Shown here one piece after another: positions 37,272 through 48,944 of a DNA stretch of 64,000 nucleotides. Position 1 is the stretch's first letter. Each line of letters starts with the position of its first letter. The notes below the pieces were generated by a model. The model was not told the DNA's origin and searched no databases. It saw nothing but the letters and a program-made list of their open reading frames with translations. The position numbers were made by a program, and so were the translations under genes. Location: the NCBI GenBank assembly GCA_048013815.1, contig CM106585.1, positions 6,696,001-6,760,000 of the forward strand. The letters run 5' to 3'. Source of the stretch: Setoptus koraiensis (lineage: Eukaryota; Animalia; Arthropoda).

Positions 37272-37913
37272 AATTGTTTTTTAATGAATTGAACCTTTAT
37301 CTTCATGGAAGGGTACACACTCACTCAAACAATCCACAGTGTATAAACAAATTGGCACGATCATATGGATCAACAAAATTATTATGTCACACGTTGTAAG
37401 CACATGGAAGCGCATGGAAATTCTCGAAACGCGTCTTTCTTGATTTCATGACCGCACGAGATCCTCTTGTCCAATACACAATCGACAGCTGTCTAATTGA
37501 TATCAACTAGACAGATAATGTTGTAGTTGGGAGAAAACAGTACAACAAAAACCATAGCCTATATGAAAACAGACAAACCTTTATTTCTATGATACCATAA
37601 TGATATAAAATTTTAATATTATTGGATCTCTTAGATTGAAATCATCAAATAAAATGTATCATCTACCATCAAGGCTGAAAAACTGATTGATTGACACTAG
37701 CTCAATACACAATCTAATTATTTGGTTTAGCGTTGGTTCTTCTTGTATTTATCTTCGACACTGTAAATAATTATTATGTTCTGTTTCGTTGCATATTCTC
37801 CATATAAAACTAATTACAGATTGTTTTAAGCAAGTCATCAAACTATACTGCCTGCATCTGTCTTTGATAAACCATCTTTTGTAGCTTTCATGAATCCTTC
37901 ATTGTGTTCAAAA

Positions 37914-39215
37914 CTAATTTGGACCCCAGAAATACTCGTTGTAATTCACTGGGGGCTGTTGCTGATAGTTAGTTTGTCCAATAAACAGTGATTGATTAGA
38001 GATTGATTGAAGATAAGATGAGGTTGCACTGTAAGAATATGGTGCCCTAGTTGCATGATACTGATAATTGTAAGGTGGATTGACTATATTATTGGTGCTA
38101 TTATTGCCATTGGCTAGATAATTTGCAGTTGAGTGCTGGTCTAACGCCACGACAGTATTTGTTGAGGACTCCTGATGGATAGATGGCTGATAGCTTTCAT
38201 TATTTGCTTGATCGAGACCATTTGATTGTAAGCATGGCACAGAAAATTGTTGACAGTGCTGATTCTCAGTAATTAGAGAATGTCCCAATTGATTACAGGT
38301 GGGACAGTCGATGCACAAGTTTGATGATCCAACATTTGTCGGGTCAGCTATATCTAGCGGTTGACTCTCTAAAGTCAAGGCGCTAGATAGTTTGCTTAAA
38401 GATTCGTCAACAAAACTTGTGAGATTCCTTCCCGATTCAGATATATCTATTAGTCTTGAATCATGTTTGTTCAGTGAAGTGGTTTTTGTGTCGTTGTCTT
38501 TGCAACATGATTGCGTATCTTCATTGTTTGTTGGAGGTTTAGGTGCTGGTCGACTTCTCCTAGCTAAAGGTATCAATTTATAATCAGGATATCAGATGAA
38601 GCGAATATGTTGATTAGTGACATCTGTCGCGGCAGTTGCATAACAATTATTGCATTCAATCAAAACAATAATCTAAAAATATAACATAACATAGAATTAT
38701 AATTAATAACAACAAATAATTATTTTTGTGCAAATAAATTTAAAATAACATATATAAATTTGTTGACTGGTCATGGGATGCTGATGTGAGTACTATTGCA
38801 TGCATCATGAATTTTAAAATTAAACTTAATGAGATTGGCCATGAGATTACGCACATCTCTGGACACGGTTCCCTTGTTGTTGGCTTGGGTATAACTTTTG
38901 GCAATTTGTAAATGGTTCTGGTCCAGGAATGTTTGAAATAGATTCGAATAGAGCCCTATATTTAGATGCAAAATTTGTTGATATCGAAGAATTTCTTGTT
39001 GGAGGAATTGGCGGTATCGACGAGGATGGTGGAGGTGGAGGCGGTGGTGGTGCCACGCTTGGCCTGACACATGACTGAGTTCTCGGTGGTGGCTGGGGTG
39101 CCGCCATACCCTTCGATTTTGTGTCGTTTTGAGAGGGTGTCCAGGTACTAACACTACTGAATAATATTACAGGTGCATCGATGTTTCCCAAATCATCTCT
39201 GTCTAAAATAGACAT
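37914..39215 (-). CDS. WIP/verprolin-like WASP-binding protein lacking WH2, 2 exons (39215-38855, 38563-37914), ~336 aa
   Basis: Polyproline (VAPPPPPPPP) followed by NFASKYRALFESISNIPGPEPFTNCQKLYPS, which matches the WIP WASP-binding segment (FxF.PISDLPPPEPY...KSYPS). The GTGCGT...TTTAG intron joins it in frame to RRSRPAPKPP, similar to the WIP C-terminal RR...APPLPP. Confidence 0.65.
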
Positions 39216-39822
39216 TATTGTGCTTGCAATTCCGTGAAAGAGTTTATGACATGGCAACACTAAACGGGTTGCCTGTTCCAACACCCTATCTGACTAGAAA
39301 ATATTGTGATGCCTTTGGTTGCATTCGCTAAATAAGTAAATCTATCAGTACCAGTAATAATGATGAAGAAAATATTAGATTGTCCTACATTCCTTAGGAC
39401 CTCAAGGGATGGTCATGATTTGGATAAATGCAGTACAGGTATACGGTATGTACAGTATAACAGTAGAAAAATCGGACAATAACATTTGCAACATTTACAG
39501 CCAGCCATAAACATACGCCCAAAAACATGAATATCCACACGATGGATATCTGCGCAACTCGGTAAATGTTAGCTGCACATGAATACCTACTGTATGATGA
39601 AGGACAGTATTCACGACTTCACGGAAGTTCTCGAAACGCGTTTTTCTCGATTTCATCATCCAAGTATACACTGTAGTACAATAAATAGACAAATAAATGA
39701 ATCAAAATCGTTCAGTGTAACTTATTTATTCAATAAAACGATCACAATCAACACGAAATTCATTGTGGAACTCCAAAAGAGCTGAATCAGTGAGCTCATC
39801 AGTGATATCGGTGGTCTCGCCA

Positions 39823-41843
39823 CTATTTGTGATGAGCATGTTTCAAGTTGTAATCATCAGGCTTCAAGCAGTATTCGATTGCCGCATTAACTATTCTCTT
39901 CAAATGCCCCTCGGCCACCTTTCTCTCCTCATCTTGATTCTTTGACGATTGACCGAGAGAATCTTCAGCTTTCTCACTTTGGGGACCGCATATTATCTCC
40001 GAGTAATACTTGATCTTCGGCTCAGTACCACTCGTTCTTATTGTCACTGATGCATCATTTTCGGTAAAGAATGTAACCATAAAACTAGACGAGCTGGTTG
40101 GTAATATTGCTTTCTTGTCCTCTGTTGCACTATCGTATCCGTTATTCAAATCTCTCACTCTTATAACTTTGAATCCGGCCAATTCAGTTGGGTAATTTTC
40201 CTGTAAGGCACTGAATAACTTTTTTATGAGAGCCTGATCGTAGCACAAGTAGTACGAATTGATGTTGTAATGATAACCGTACTTGGAATACAACCAGTCC
40301 AAATGCTGATCAAGTGTCCGGGAATGATTTACAGAAATGTGAGCGCTCAATTGAGCCACTTGCAGAGAGGCCGATATTCCATCTTTATCTAAGACGGTGG
40401 CATCAACCATATATCCAATAGCTTCCTCGAATGCAAATAGAACCGTCTTGCCTTGCTTCATGAGCTCATCCGCTAGATTGCACATATGTTTAAATCCGGT
40501 TAGAGTTTCAATAAATTGAAATCCCTCAACTTTGGCCATGGAGCGCAAAAACTTGGAGGAAACAGCAGTCGATATCATTACACAAGATTTCTTCTTATCT
40601 GAGGAGACTAAGTCGTTAGTCTTTAGATTCTCGCTGGAAAAACGATGCCAACACCACCAGCCCAACAGAGAGCCAATTTCGTTGCCTGTAAATATTCTCC
40701 AATTTTGTTTACTATTGGATTCTAGTTGAGCAACGGCGCAACGATCTGCGTCAGGATCAACAGCCAATATAAGATTAGAATTACTTAATTTGGCTGTTTC
40801 AAATGCCAGATCTAATGCTCCTGACTCCTCTGGATTCGGAAATTCAACTGTGGGAAAATTCGGATCAGGTTCCTTTTGTAACTCGACAGGATATATACTT
40901 CGAAAGTTGGCACATTCAAGTGCACGAGTGAGGAAATTGTGACCAACTCCATGCATCGCTGTCGTGGTAATTGAAATTTCAGATATCTGATTAGTCTTGA
41001 TATCATCGACAACACTTTTAATGTAGTTATCATAAGCATCACACAATTCTTGGTAAATGAATCGTATCAAGGAAGAATGTTTCCATTCTCGTGGAATAGT
41101 ATCTTCGTCGGCAACTAATTCGTGCATCCAAGCTTGAGGCCAAGGTTCTTGATTCTCTTCTAGCAAAATATATTCATGTATGTATCTGTCGTGGGGAGAT
41201 AATATTTGAGCCCCATTCTCCAGATACACTTTGTATCCATTATCGTCTTTTGGATTATGAGAAGCCGTTATGACAATACCTGCCAAGCATTTAAAATGGC
41301 GCAAACCAAACGCAACAAGTGGTGTGGGTACAATATTTTTACAATAATGTACCGGTATCTTCATTTGAATGAATGCTAATGCGGCGAGCTTGGCAAATCG
41401 TGTAGAATTGTGTCTGGCATCGTTACCTATTATTACACCCTTATTCAAGGCGGCCCTCTTGTCATACTTAAGCAGATATTTTGCCAATCCTTGCGATGTT
41501 TGTATTATAACTAGGTCGTTCATTTGACCAAATCCGGGTCCCATAGAGCCCCGTATTCCGGCGGTGCCAAAGGACAATCTCTTAAGAATGATCTTGCGCA
41601 ACGAGTCATATTCTTTATTCAAATAAAGTTGCTTCACATAGTTTAGATGGGCGGGTACCTGAAGTGAACGAAGATTAGTTATAGATAAAGAATTCAGTTG
41701 TTAGTCCGATAAATCTATTTATCACCACTATATTATCCGAGTATATCATCCCATCCTTCTCTACTTACTTTTTCATATTTCATGTATTTGGCCAGTTGGG
41801 CATCCAGATCGAGATCCCCGGTAGAATATTGATTCGACAACAT
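39823..41843 (-). CDS. PGM2: Phosphoglucomutase-2 / phosphopentomutase, 2 exons (41843-41769, 41658-39823), ~636 aa
   Basis: RLSFGTAGIRG, catalytic ITASHNPKDDNGYKVY, metal loop DPDADR, FAFEEAIG, RTSGTEPKIKYY. GT-AG intron in frame. Confidence 0.93.
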
Positions 41844-42295
41844 TGTTGATATGCGATGACTATTTTTATTTCGAATGAAGCTCACTTGTTAGTAAATATT
41901 TTTGTTGTATTTTGATGATCAGATCTCGAGTGTTCGAGTGACTACAAACTGCTCAATCGTCGGACGTTGATCGATATCTGTTGTTGTCGCATGTCGCAGT
42001 TAAAAATCGTTGTAGAGTCAATTGTTATCTGTCATGCATCTGGCGATAATAAGTTTGTAGTGTTAGCTACTGATTGAGGCTGACCAAGCGACTCGGGGAT
42101 CATGCGGCAATGCGATACAAAGGGCGGCGACAGTGGAAAGTCTCCTTGAGCTGAGGGTGGTTTTGAATTTACAATTTAATTGTGACTAGGCTCTTTTTGA
42201 GGCTCCGTGTGTGACTGGTGCCAGGAAGAGCGTTGATTTGTTTAGATCGCAACACTTTGCATCTCCCGTGACTCACCACTAAGATCGCACATCCC

Positions 42296-42835
42296 CTCCC
42301 TATCTCGTCATTAACAGTTCGGATTGCCATCATCTCAATTCCTGTATCTTCCGGAACCCGATGGCAGTGTCAGTCTGAGTTGAACTTGGATGTTTACATT
42401 CTCCGATCATCATGATTGGAAGTGTAATGAGATTGGTGATTAGTGCTCCAATCAGCAGAGAATAACTAATCAACTGCCGAATTCTTGAACGAATGCCATC
42501 ATGAGGAGTTTTCTGGCCACAGGACTGCCGATGTTTGGCTCCGCCATTGAACGTGATCCCAAACTTGTGCGCTTGGCAAAACGGAGATCGGAACATCGAG
42601 CATACTGTGGCCAGAAAGGACCTCTCAAGATGATATTCACTCAGGAGTTCGGCAGTTGATCAGTTATTCTCTGCTGATTGGAACACTAATAGCCAATCTC
42701 ATTACAATTTCTATCATGGTGCTCGGAAAATGTAAACATCCAAGTTCGGCTCGAAGTGACACCGCCATTGGGGCTCCGGAAGATACAGGAATTGAGATGG
42801 CGGCGATCCAAACTGTTGACGCCTAGATAGAGGAG
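42296..42835. repeat. Long imperfect inverted repeat (arms ~42296-42542 and ~42583-42835, ~40-nt spacer)
   Basis: The reverse complement of the left arm aligns colinearly with the right arm (shared GGCAGTTGAT.AGTTATTCTCTGCTGATTGGA, AATGTAAACATCCAAGTTC, CCGGAAGATACAGGAATTGAGATGGC), about 80% identity by eye. Confidence 0.9.
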
Positions 42836-43275
42836 CAGAGGCGCGATCCTAACGATGAATCATCACTGATGCATCACTTCGGATGCGAGAACAACAAGTG
42901 TGGAAGCCGAACGAATCGGTGCTATTCCTTTTCTTCGGGAAGATGCAACTCGCAATGTAATTGTGTAATCGAGGTGCATTATGGGCTGCAAGCAGGGACG
43001 AGCGCCTTCTCTCACAACGACTTGTCAGCGCGACGACTAAAAAATGCACACAGCGCAAGCGATTGTGCTCGATCATATGGACGAACAATAGTGGAACGTT
43101 TGCAGCATGGAGACGCATGGAACGTGTTTGTTTGGGTTTCGCCAATGCCATGTGAACCTTGTAAAACCATTGATTTTTATCGGATCCCTGTCCAATCGAT
43201 TTCTGTCTATTTATTAATCCTGGTCCAACTTTGAGCCGTCAAATCAATAGCCGGCCACCACTTCGCGAGTCCATC

Positions 43276-46200
43276 ATGGCCAAGGCGGCATCCAGAATTA
43301 TTTCGGACGAGCTCTGTTCGATGATATTGAACAGTTCGACTAACAAAAGCGATGCCAACAACCAAAAGGAGAGCCAGCAGCACCTGATTTCGGAATTATC
43401 GAGGGAGTATATTAGAGATCAGAATCTTTCCATCACAGAGCTAGTCCAAACATTGGAATCGTTGCTAACTAGTACAGACTACGAAACAAGAGCTAAGGGA
43501 GTGGGCATCTTAACCAGCGTTATTGTGTCGCTGCCTGAGGACCGATTGAATTCTAAGGAAATCGACACTTTATTCACGTTTCTTTGCTTGCGCCTCACAG
43601 ACGATAAGTCAATGCATCGGGACGTTCTCAAATGTTTTCAGTACCTCATGCACAATACCAATAAGCCCGGAGAATTATCTAAGAAGCTCTTTGATTCTTT
43701 GAAACATCAAACAAACATTAGAACTATGACACCCAGTAACAGACATTTAGTGATGGAAATAGTCACTGATATTTTCACAGAACATCACACCAAAACCCGC
43801 CACATAACAAACGATCTAATATTTGGACTTGTGCACTTAATTGAGGGTGAAAGTGACCCAAACTGCCTATTGTTATCTTACAGACTCGTCGCCTCCGTAT
43901 CAAGATGGTACACCAACTTAGAGCCTTACGTAGAGGATATTGTTGACTGGCTCAGTTCATACTATCCTATTTCATACACCCCTCCGCCAGGACAAGCAAG
44001 CTCAATAAAGAGAGACGATCTTGTTGACGCTCTCTATGATTGTTTCATCGCAAATGAATTGTTTGCTGAAAATGTGCTCAGTCTTATAAGAAGCAAATTA
44101 GAATCAAACCTAGTTTCGTCCAAATTGGATTCATACGATTGTCTGGAGCGATGTGTCGGTCATTATCCCCCCAATAAAGTAGAAGAATGTCATCTCAGTT
44201 TTTGGACTTGCATACGCATGGATTGTTTGAGGTCCGAAAAGAGCACGGACATCATTCTATTCAACAAGGCCCTGTCCGCCCTTTCAGCTCTTGTCAGTGC
44301 TATAAGTCTAGATGGTTATGATCGGATGGTGCACCAAATATACAGTGACTTGAATTTAGCTTTCACCAAAGTTGAGATGAATCTTTTCAAGTCAGCCACT
44401 TATCTTATGGTTAACTCTATTCTGAGACCAATGAGTGAAAATGTCGTCTCACCTTCTGTATTTTTCATCGAAGACATTACCAAGATAACCTCAAAGTTGT
44501 TTTCTAGCGAAGAAGGCCGATCATATGGAAGTGACATTCTCTGGAGTTTGAACTATATTTTTGAAAAAGTCGCCAGCACCGATATTGTATTTCCCTTCCT
44601 TCACAACCCAGATGATGAACATACCAAGAAGAGAGACGATTATCTGGAGAAAATATTGAACTACCTCACATCTTCATCCGTCACCGATGAAATTTGCTCT
44701 CTCTGCCTAAAAGTGATAAATTCTTTTATATCCTGCTCCTCTAAACATGTTGTCAAAATTGGTGAAAACGCCCTCAACAAGCTCGTATCAACACTCAAAA
44801 ATCTATTGGATGCTTCTAGATGTGATAAGGACTGTGTCAACCTTTTGAGAATCATTGGCGATCGTTACGAAGTGCAAATTGTGGATTGTGAGGAAATCAA
44901 GCAATTGTTAAACTTGCGAGAACATGACTCTGACTCTCTTCGATCTCTGGTGAAAGGCTTATCCATTCAGGGATTTAGTAGTAATGATGAATATCTCATA
45001 CTTGCTCTGCAAGTCTTCATCAATACTAGACCAGATGAAAAAACTAAGTCTGTCGCGCTTCAATTAGGATCAATAATTGAATCTGCCCTCAGAGACAGTA
45101 TCCCAAAAGAAAAACTCATAGAATGCTGGATTCTATTATTCAACCATTTGAAACATTTGATTATATGTCGCCAGTATATCGAATCTGTACCAGGAGAATG
45201 TATCATCCGCAAAAGTTTAAGTTTAATATACATAATAGCAGATCAAATGGGTTCGGCTTGTATTGAAACTCAGCTGGAGACAACTCTACCGATATGCTTA
45301 GCGTCAGAATCCAATCCTAGGTTGGAATCTACAGTTTTTCAGAAATGCACATTGTGTAAAGATTCGAAAGATCTCGACACTGACCAGACAAAGCTCACAC
45401 AACACCAATTGTGTTTATGGCTAAGCTTAGTAGAGATTTTGATTCACTCGCTGAATTCCGAAAGCATCATCAGATCTTTTTCGAGCTCCGACAAGCTGAA
45501 CGAATTTCTGATTTTCCTCAGAACTTCCATCCGCCCCGAAATGAAGTGTTCTCCTTACTTAACTGGTCATGTTGGGAGAGTGCACGCTATAATCATCAAC
45601 AAATTGCAAGATAGTATCCTGATGGAAGTGCTGATGCCCTTCTTGGGATCGGACATTTGCCAGGACCTGGCATCTAGTAAGCTAGATGACGAATGTACAA
45701 GAATTGTTTACGCTAGTATTGTTAAATGGGTATTGAAAGCATTGGTCATTAGGAATCACAATATAGCCGTACCAATGATGAATCTAATTTTGAACGCAAT
45801 TAGTTCAACAAATTTACCTTCGATGTCAGCTTTGGAACTATCGACCATATTTCCATTCGTATTATCTGACGACGAGATCGACGATAATTGTACAGTGAGC
45901 CTTTTTGACACAGAAAAACATTACATAAGATTTCCTCTTTACAAACAGAAATTCTTCTGTCAATCGTTCAACGAGATTCTTATTCGACACAAGAATGAGA
46001 CTGGCACGATAAACAATTCAGGCCTACATGCACTTGTATTGGCCGTGGTTGGCCAAATTAGGTACCTACAGGATAGCGCAATGAAGAACTATTACAACAA
46101 ATTGTTGCCAATGAGTGTAAAATCACTATCGGTTACTCGTACCCTAACATCTGATGGAACATCCATAGACTTGGAATCGTTGAGGTCAGAAGTTTTCCAG

Positions 46201-46497
46201 TTTTTAAATCAGGTTATTGTTGGCGACAAACGAGACATAATTTTACCCTATCTCGAGGATCTAATTGGAATTTGTCTTGATCTCGCATCGAAAGGTACCC
46301 TAAAGGAAAGATTGACAGCGCTCAAATGTATAGCAAGTATAGCCAATCACATCGAAGATAGTCATATCATGTCATTGAGGTCCCGCATGATTTTGGGTCT
46401 GAGGCAATCTTTGGCGGATAGAAAACGTTTAGTACGCTCGCAGGCGGTTGAGGCACGATTAGCTTGGTTTATGGTGGGTCAGCCTGGAAAGCCATGA
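43276..46497 (+). CDS. MMS19: MMS19/MET18 cytosolic Fe-S assembly targeting HEAT-repeat protein, intronless
   Basis: LTSTDYETRAKG, LIEGESDPNCLL, SYYPISYTPPP, FYKQKFF-like YKQKFF, C-terminal LADRKRLVRSQAVEARLAWF. Confidence 0.88.
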   Translation: MAKAASRIISDELCSMILNSSTNKSDANNQKESQQHLISELSREYIRDQNLSITELVQTLESLLTSTDYETRAKGVGILTSVIVSLPEDRLNSKEIDTLFTFLCLRLTDDKSMHRDVLKCFQYLMHNTNKPGELSKKLFDSLKHQTNIRTMTPSNRHLVMEIVTDIFTEHHTKTRHITNDLIFGLVHLIEGESDPNCLLLSYRLVASVSRWYTNLEPYVEDIVDWLSSYYPISYTPPPGQASSIKRDDLVDALYDCFIANELFAENVLSLIRSKLESNLVSSKLDSYDCLERCVGHYPPNKVEECHLSFWTCIRMDCLRSEKSTDIILFNKALSALSALVSAISLDGYDRMVHQIYSDLNLAFTKVEMNLFKSATYLMVNSILRPMSENVVSPSVFFIEDITKITSKLFSSEEGRSYGSDILWSLNYIFEKVASTDIVFPFLHNPDDEHTKKRDDYLEKILNYLTSSSVTDEICSLCLKVINSFISCSSKHVVKIGENALNKLVSTLKNLLDASRCDKDCVNLLRIIGDRYEVQIVDCEEIKQLLNLREHDSDSLRSLVKGLSIQGFSSNDEYLILALQVFINTRPDEKTKSVALQLGSIIESALRDSIPKEKLIECWILLFNHLKHLIICRQYIESVPGECIIRKSLSLIYIIADQMGSACIETQLETTLPICLASESNPRLESTVFQKCTLCKDSKDLDTDQTKLTQHQLCLWLSLVEILIHSLNSESIIRSFSSSDKLNEFLIFLRTSIRPEMKCSPYLTGHVGRVHAIIINKLQDSILMEVLMPFLGSDICQDLASSKLDDECTRIVYASIVKWVLKALVIRNHNIAVPMMNLILNAISSTNLPSMSALELSTIFPFVLSDDEIDDNCTVSLFDTEKHYIRFPLYKQKFFCQSFNEILIRHKNETGTINNSGLHALVLAVVGQIRYLQDSAMKNYYNKLLPMSVKSLSVTRTLTSDGTSIDLESLRSEVFQFLNQVIVGDKRDIILPYLEDLIGICLDLASKGTLKERLTALKCIASIANHIEDSHIMSLRSRMILGLRQSLADRKRLVRSQAVEARLAWFMVGQPGKP

Positions 46498-46758
46498 ACA
46501 AGCTAAAATTCGAACAGCCAAATCGAAGGACGCAGGCAAGGCAAAAAAAAATAAATAAATTGCTGATTTGAAGCTAAAAATAATTGACTTACGATTTTTT
46601 GGTGCTGAACTGTGGTAAAAGATGGTATGAGCTCCGCCCTTACCTTTTATTATCGGACCATTCTAAAAGGTCGCCCATATTTGTCAATTTTGGTCCTCCT
46701 CTCAGTCCTCTCGGTCAATTTTGGTCCTTTAAAGCTTGAGTTCTTTATCTGCTCCTTA

Positions 46759-47528
46759 TTATCTGCTGTCATTCATTTGTTCGAACACTGCCAATTGATG
46801 AGGTGCGAAATGATGAGGATATTTTTTGTGCTTTGCTCGTCTATTTTGAAACCTGAATAGTAGTTTTGTTTGCGAGAGGAGAGAGAGAAACAGAGATGGA
46901 GCTTATTATTATAGCTTATAATTTAGATCATTGTTCGGGCGATAGTTACTTACCAGATTTTGATTTGATTCTCGCTTAATTTGAGCTCCTCAGATAAATT
47001 TCTTCGATGGTCCGGCGCGATATAACGGGTTTTACTGAATGTTCCCTCTAAAACAATCAGTTGCTCCGTACTAAATGAAGTTCTCTTAGTTCGTTGTCTC
47101 ACACTGTCTTGCTTGTTTTGTGTTTCACTGTTTGATTGATTGTCTGATTGGTTGTTGTTATTATTAATGTCGATTGCGTGCGATTGATCTGAATTCTCTC
47201 GAATTGATTTATCCGAATCATCATCAGTTATTATTGTATCCTCGGTGTTATGAGTTAATTTCTCGCTAGTATTAATACATTCGATGCTGATATGACTGGA
47301 TTTGTTCTTGAAGTGTTGCAAAGCTCGTCTTGGTGTGAGCATTCGTTTTGCTATCGATCGCTTTGTCGTATACTTAAGTTGACCAGCTTTGGTTTTATAA
47401 ACTTTTATTGGGTTGGTCGCATTCGCGGAGTTGTCACGAGTCATATTTAGACCATAGTAGTTACCGTTCAGATCAAACGGAGTGTCAGCGTAACTTCGTT
47501 CCGAGTTCTTCACTGATAGATCCATCAT
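46759..47528 (-). CDS. Divergent ANTP-class homeobox protein, 2 exons (47528-46954, 46852-46759), ~222 aa
   Basis: Homeodomain RTKRTSFSTEQLIVLEGTFSKTRYIAPDHRRNLSEELKLSENQIKIW|FQNRRAKHKK; a GTAAGT...TTCAG intron splits the Trp48 codon and restores WFQNRR. Confidence 0.88.
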
Positions 47529-48269
47529 GGGTGTTGTGTGCGATGTTTCTTTTTCTCTCTGGACTAAGATTGTTGCGATGGCAATGATCTGTATGATGTT
47601 GCTTTGATGGAATGGTGATTATCTAGTGCAAAAGTTATAATATTCAAATTTATCTGATGGGGTACAAATTTGGAAAGTTTGTTCTGTTTCCCACTTGTGG
47701 AAATGATCAACTACTGATTCACCGTAATACCGCACATAAACTGCAACACTTGCATATCATCAATAACAGCATCTTCATCACTGGCATCATTTAGTTGGAT
47801 AACAATTTGACACGTGAGCATGATTATGTAAATATTGTAGGCCTATTTTGTATTTTTCTTTTCAAATTGCTTTTCTTCTCTATCACCAATCAGCAACAAT
47901 CAATTGTCTGCTAGTGATTTACCTGTTAACAAGCAAGTATCAACGTGTTGATAGCTGATAGTGTTTATGTGGCGCCATCATTTTAGTGCTCACCTTACCA
48001 TGATTGATAGACGGATAGTCGACAATAGTATTCATGTTGCTATTATAGATCGCTAAATGGAAAAACAATATTGCTACCTTGCTACGAGGAAACAATTAAC
48101 TATTGTTTCAACGTTACTTGTTAGGCAACACATTATCTAACAACAAAATAGACATAGAGAGCCAATTGATAAGTTGTTGTTGCTGCTGTGAGCCAACGTG
48201 AGTTGACGAGTGCATTGCATTATCGACAGTGTGCTATATTGTTGCCGTTAATTGCGCTTCTTCGTAACT

Positions 48270-48530
48270 GCCCATGGTAGGGTGTTATTAAGAAGGAAGA
48301 TATCCTACCAAAGACGCCTGATGGATCTCCATTGGACTTCTTTGGGTTCGGGTATCTTAAGCAGAAGTTTCTCAGTGAAAAGTGCCATACACTCGATGCG
48401 TTGTTTGCAACTGCATCCAGGGTATGGTCACAAATACCCGCGGACAAGATATCTGACGCGTTTGATGATTGGCGATTTCACTTAAAATTGATTGTCAAGC
48501 ACAAAGGAGAGCCAATTGAGCCTCACAAAG
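48270..48530 (+). mobile_element. Degraded Tc1/mariner-superfamily transposase fragment (C-terminal)
   Basis: IKKEDILPKTPDGSPLDFFGFGYLKQK...VWSQIP...DDWRFHLKLIVKHKGEPIE resembles the WPPxSPDLNPLD...WxYLK...RLxxxxxxxGxxxE tail of Tc1/mariner/maT transposases. An in-frame stop lies upstream and no intact TIR pair was seen. Confidence 0.75.
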
Positions 48531-48944
48531 AGATTCATAAAGAGATTGCAGTTCTAAAAGTGTTCAATTTTATCGCGACCGACCTGTACAGTGCGTATGT
48601 CACAAATCTTGTGCCTCGGGTCCAGTATATCCAGTACATGTATATTGCAACTCGTCAGAAATAATCATGAAATAAAGTTATCTGCTGAGGGCTAGAGTCT
48701 GTCACTTGATTAGGTTGTGTGCATAGAAACTGCGATGTAAAGGGATCGCGTGATTCAGTGTCTCTATTTGGTATAGAGATCAGCGAGCTTGCAACCTCGA
48801 GTCTCGCGCCTGATGAGTGAGCTTGGAGACACTAGCCGACGAGAGTAACTATCAGTGCTCGCAGAGAGCTACTTCAATTTGATTCTCGCTATCCTCAAAT
48901 ACAGTCTTGAATACTTGGGAAGGTTCGAATTAAAACAATCTCTT

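Noticed and set aside
42120-42290. GGAAAGTCTCC resembling RNase P/MRP conserved region CR-I
   Set aside because: No complementary CR-V segment able to form P4 was found downstream.
42849-43234. Overlapping Cys-containing ORFs just upstream of MMS19
   Set aside because: They are open on both strands with no recognisable family, and a weak AHNAP resemblance to mariner HDNA is insufficient.
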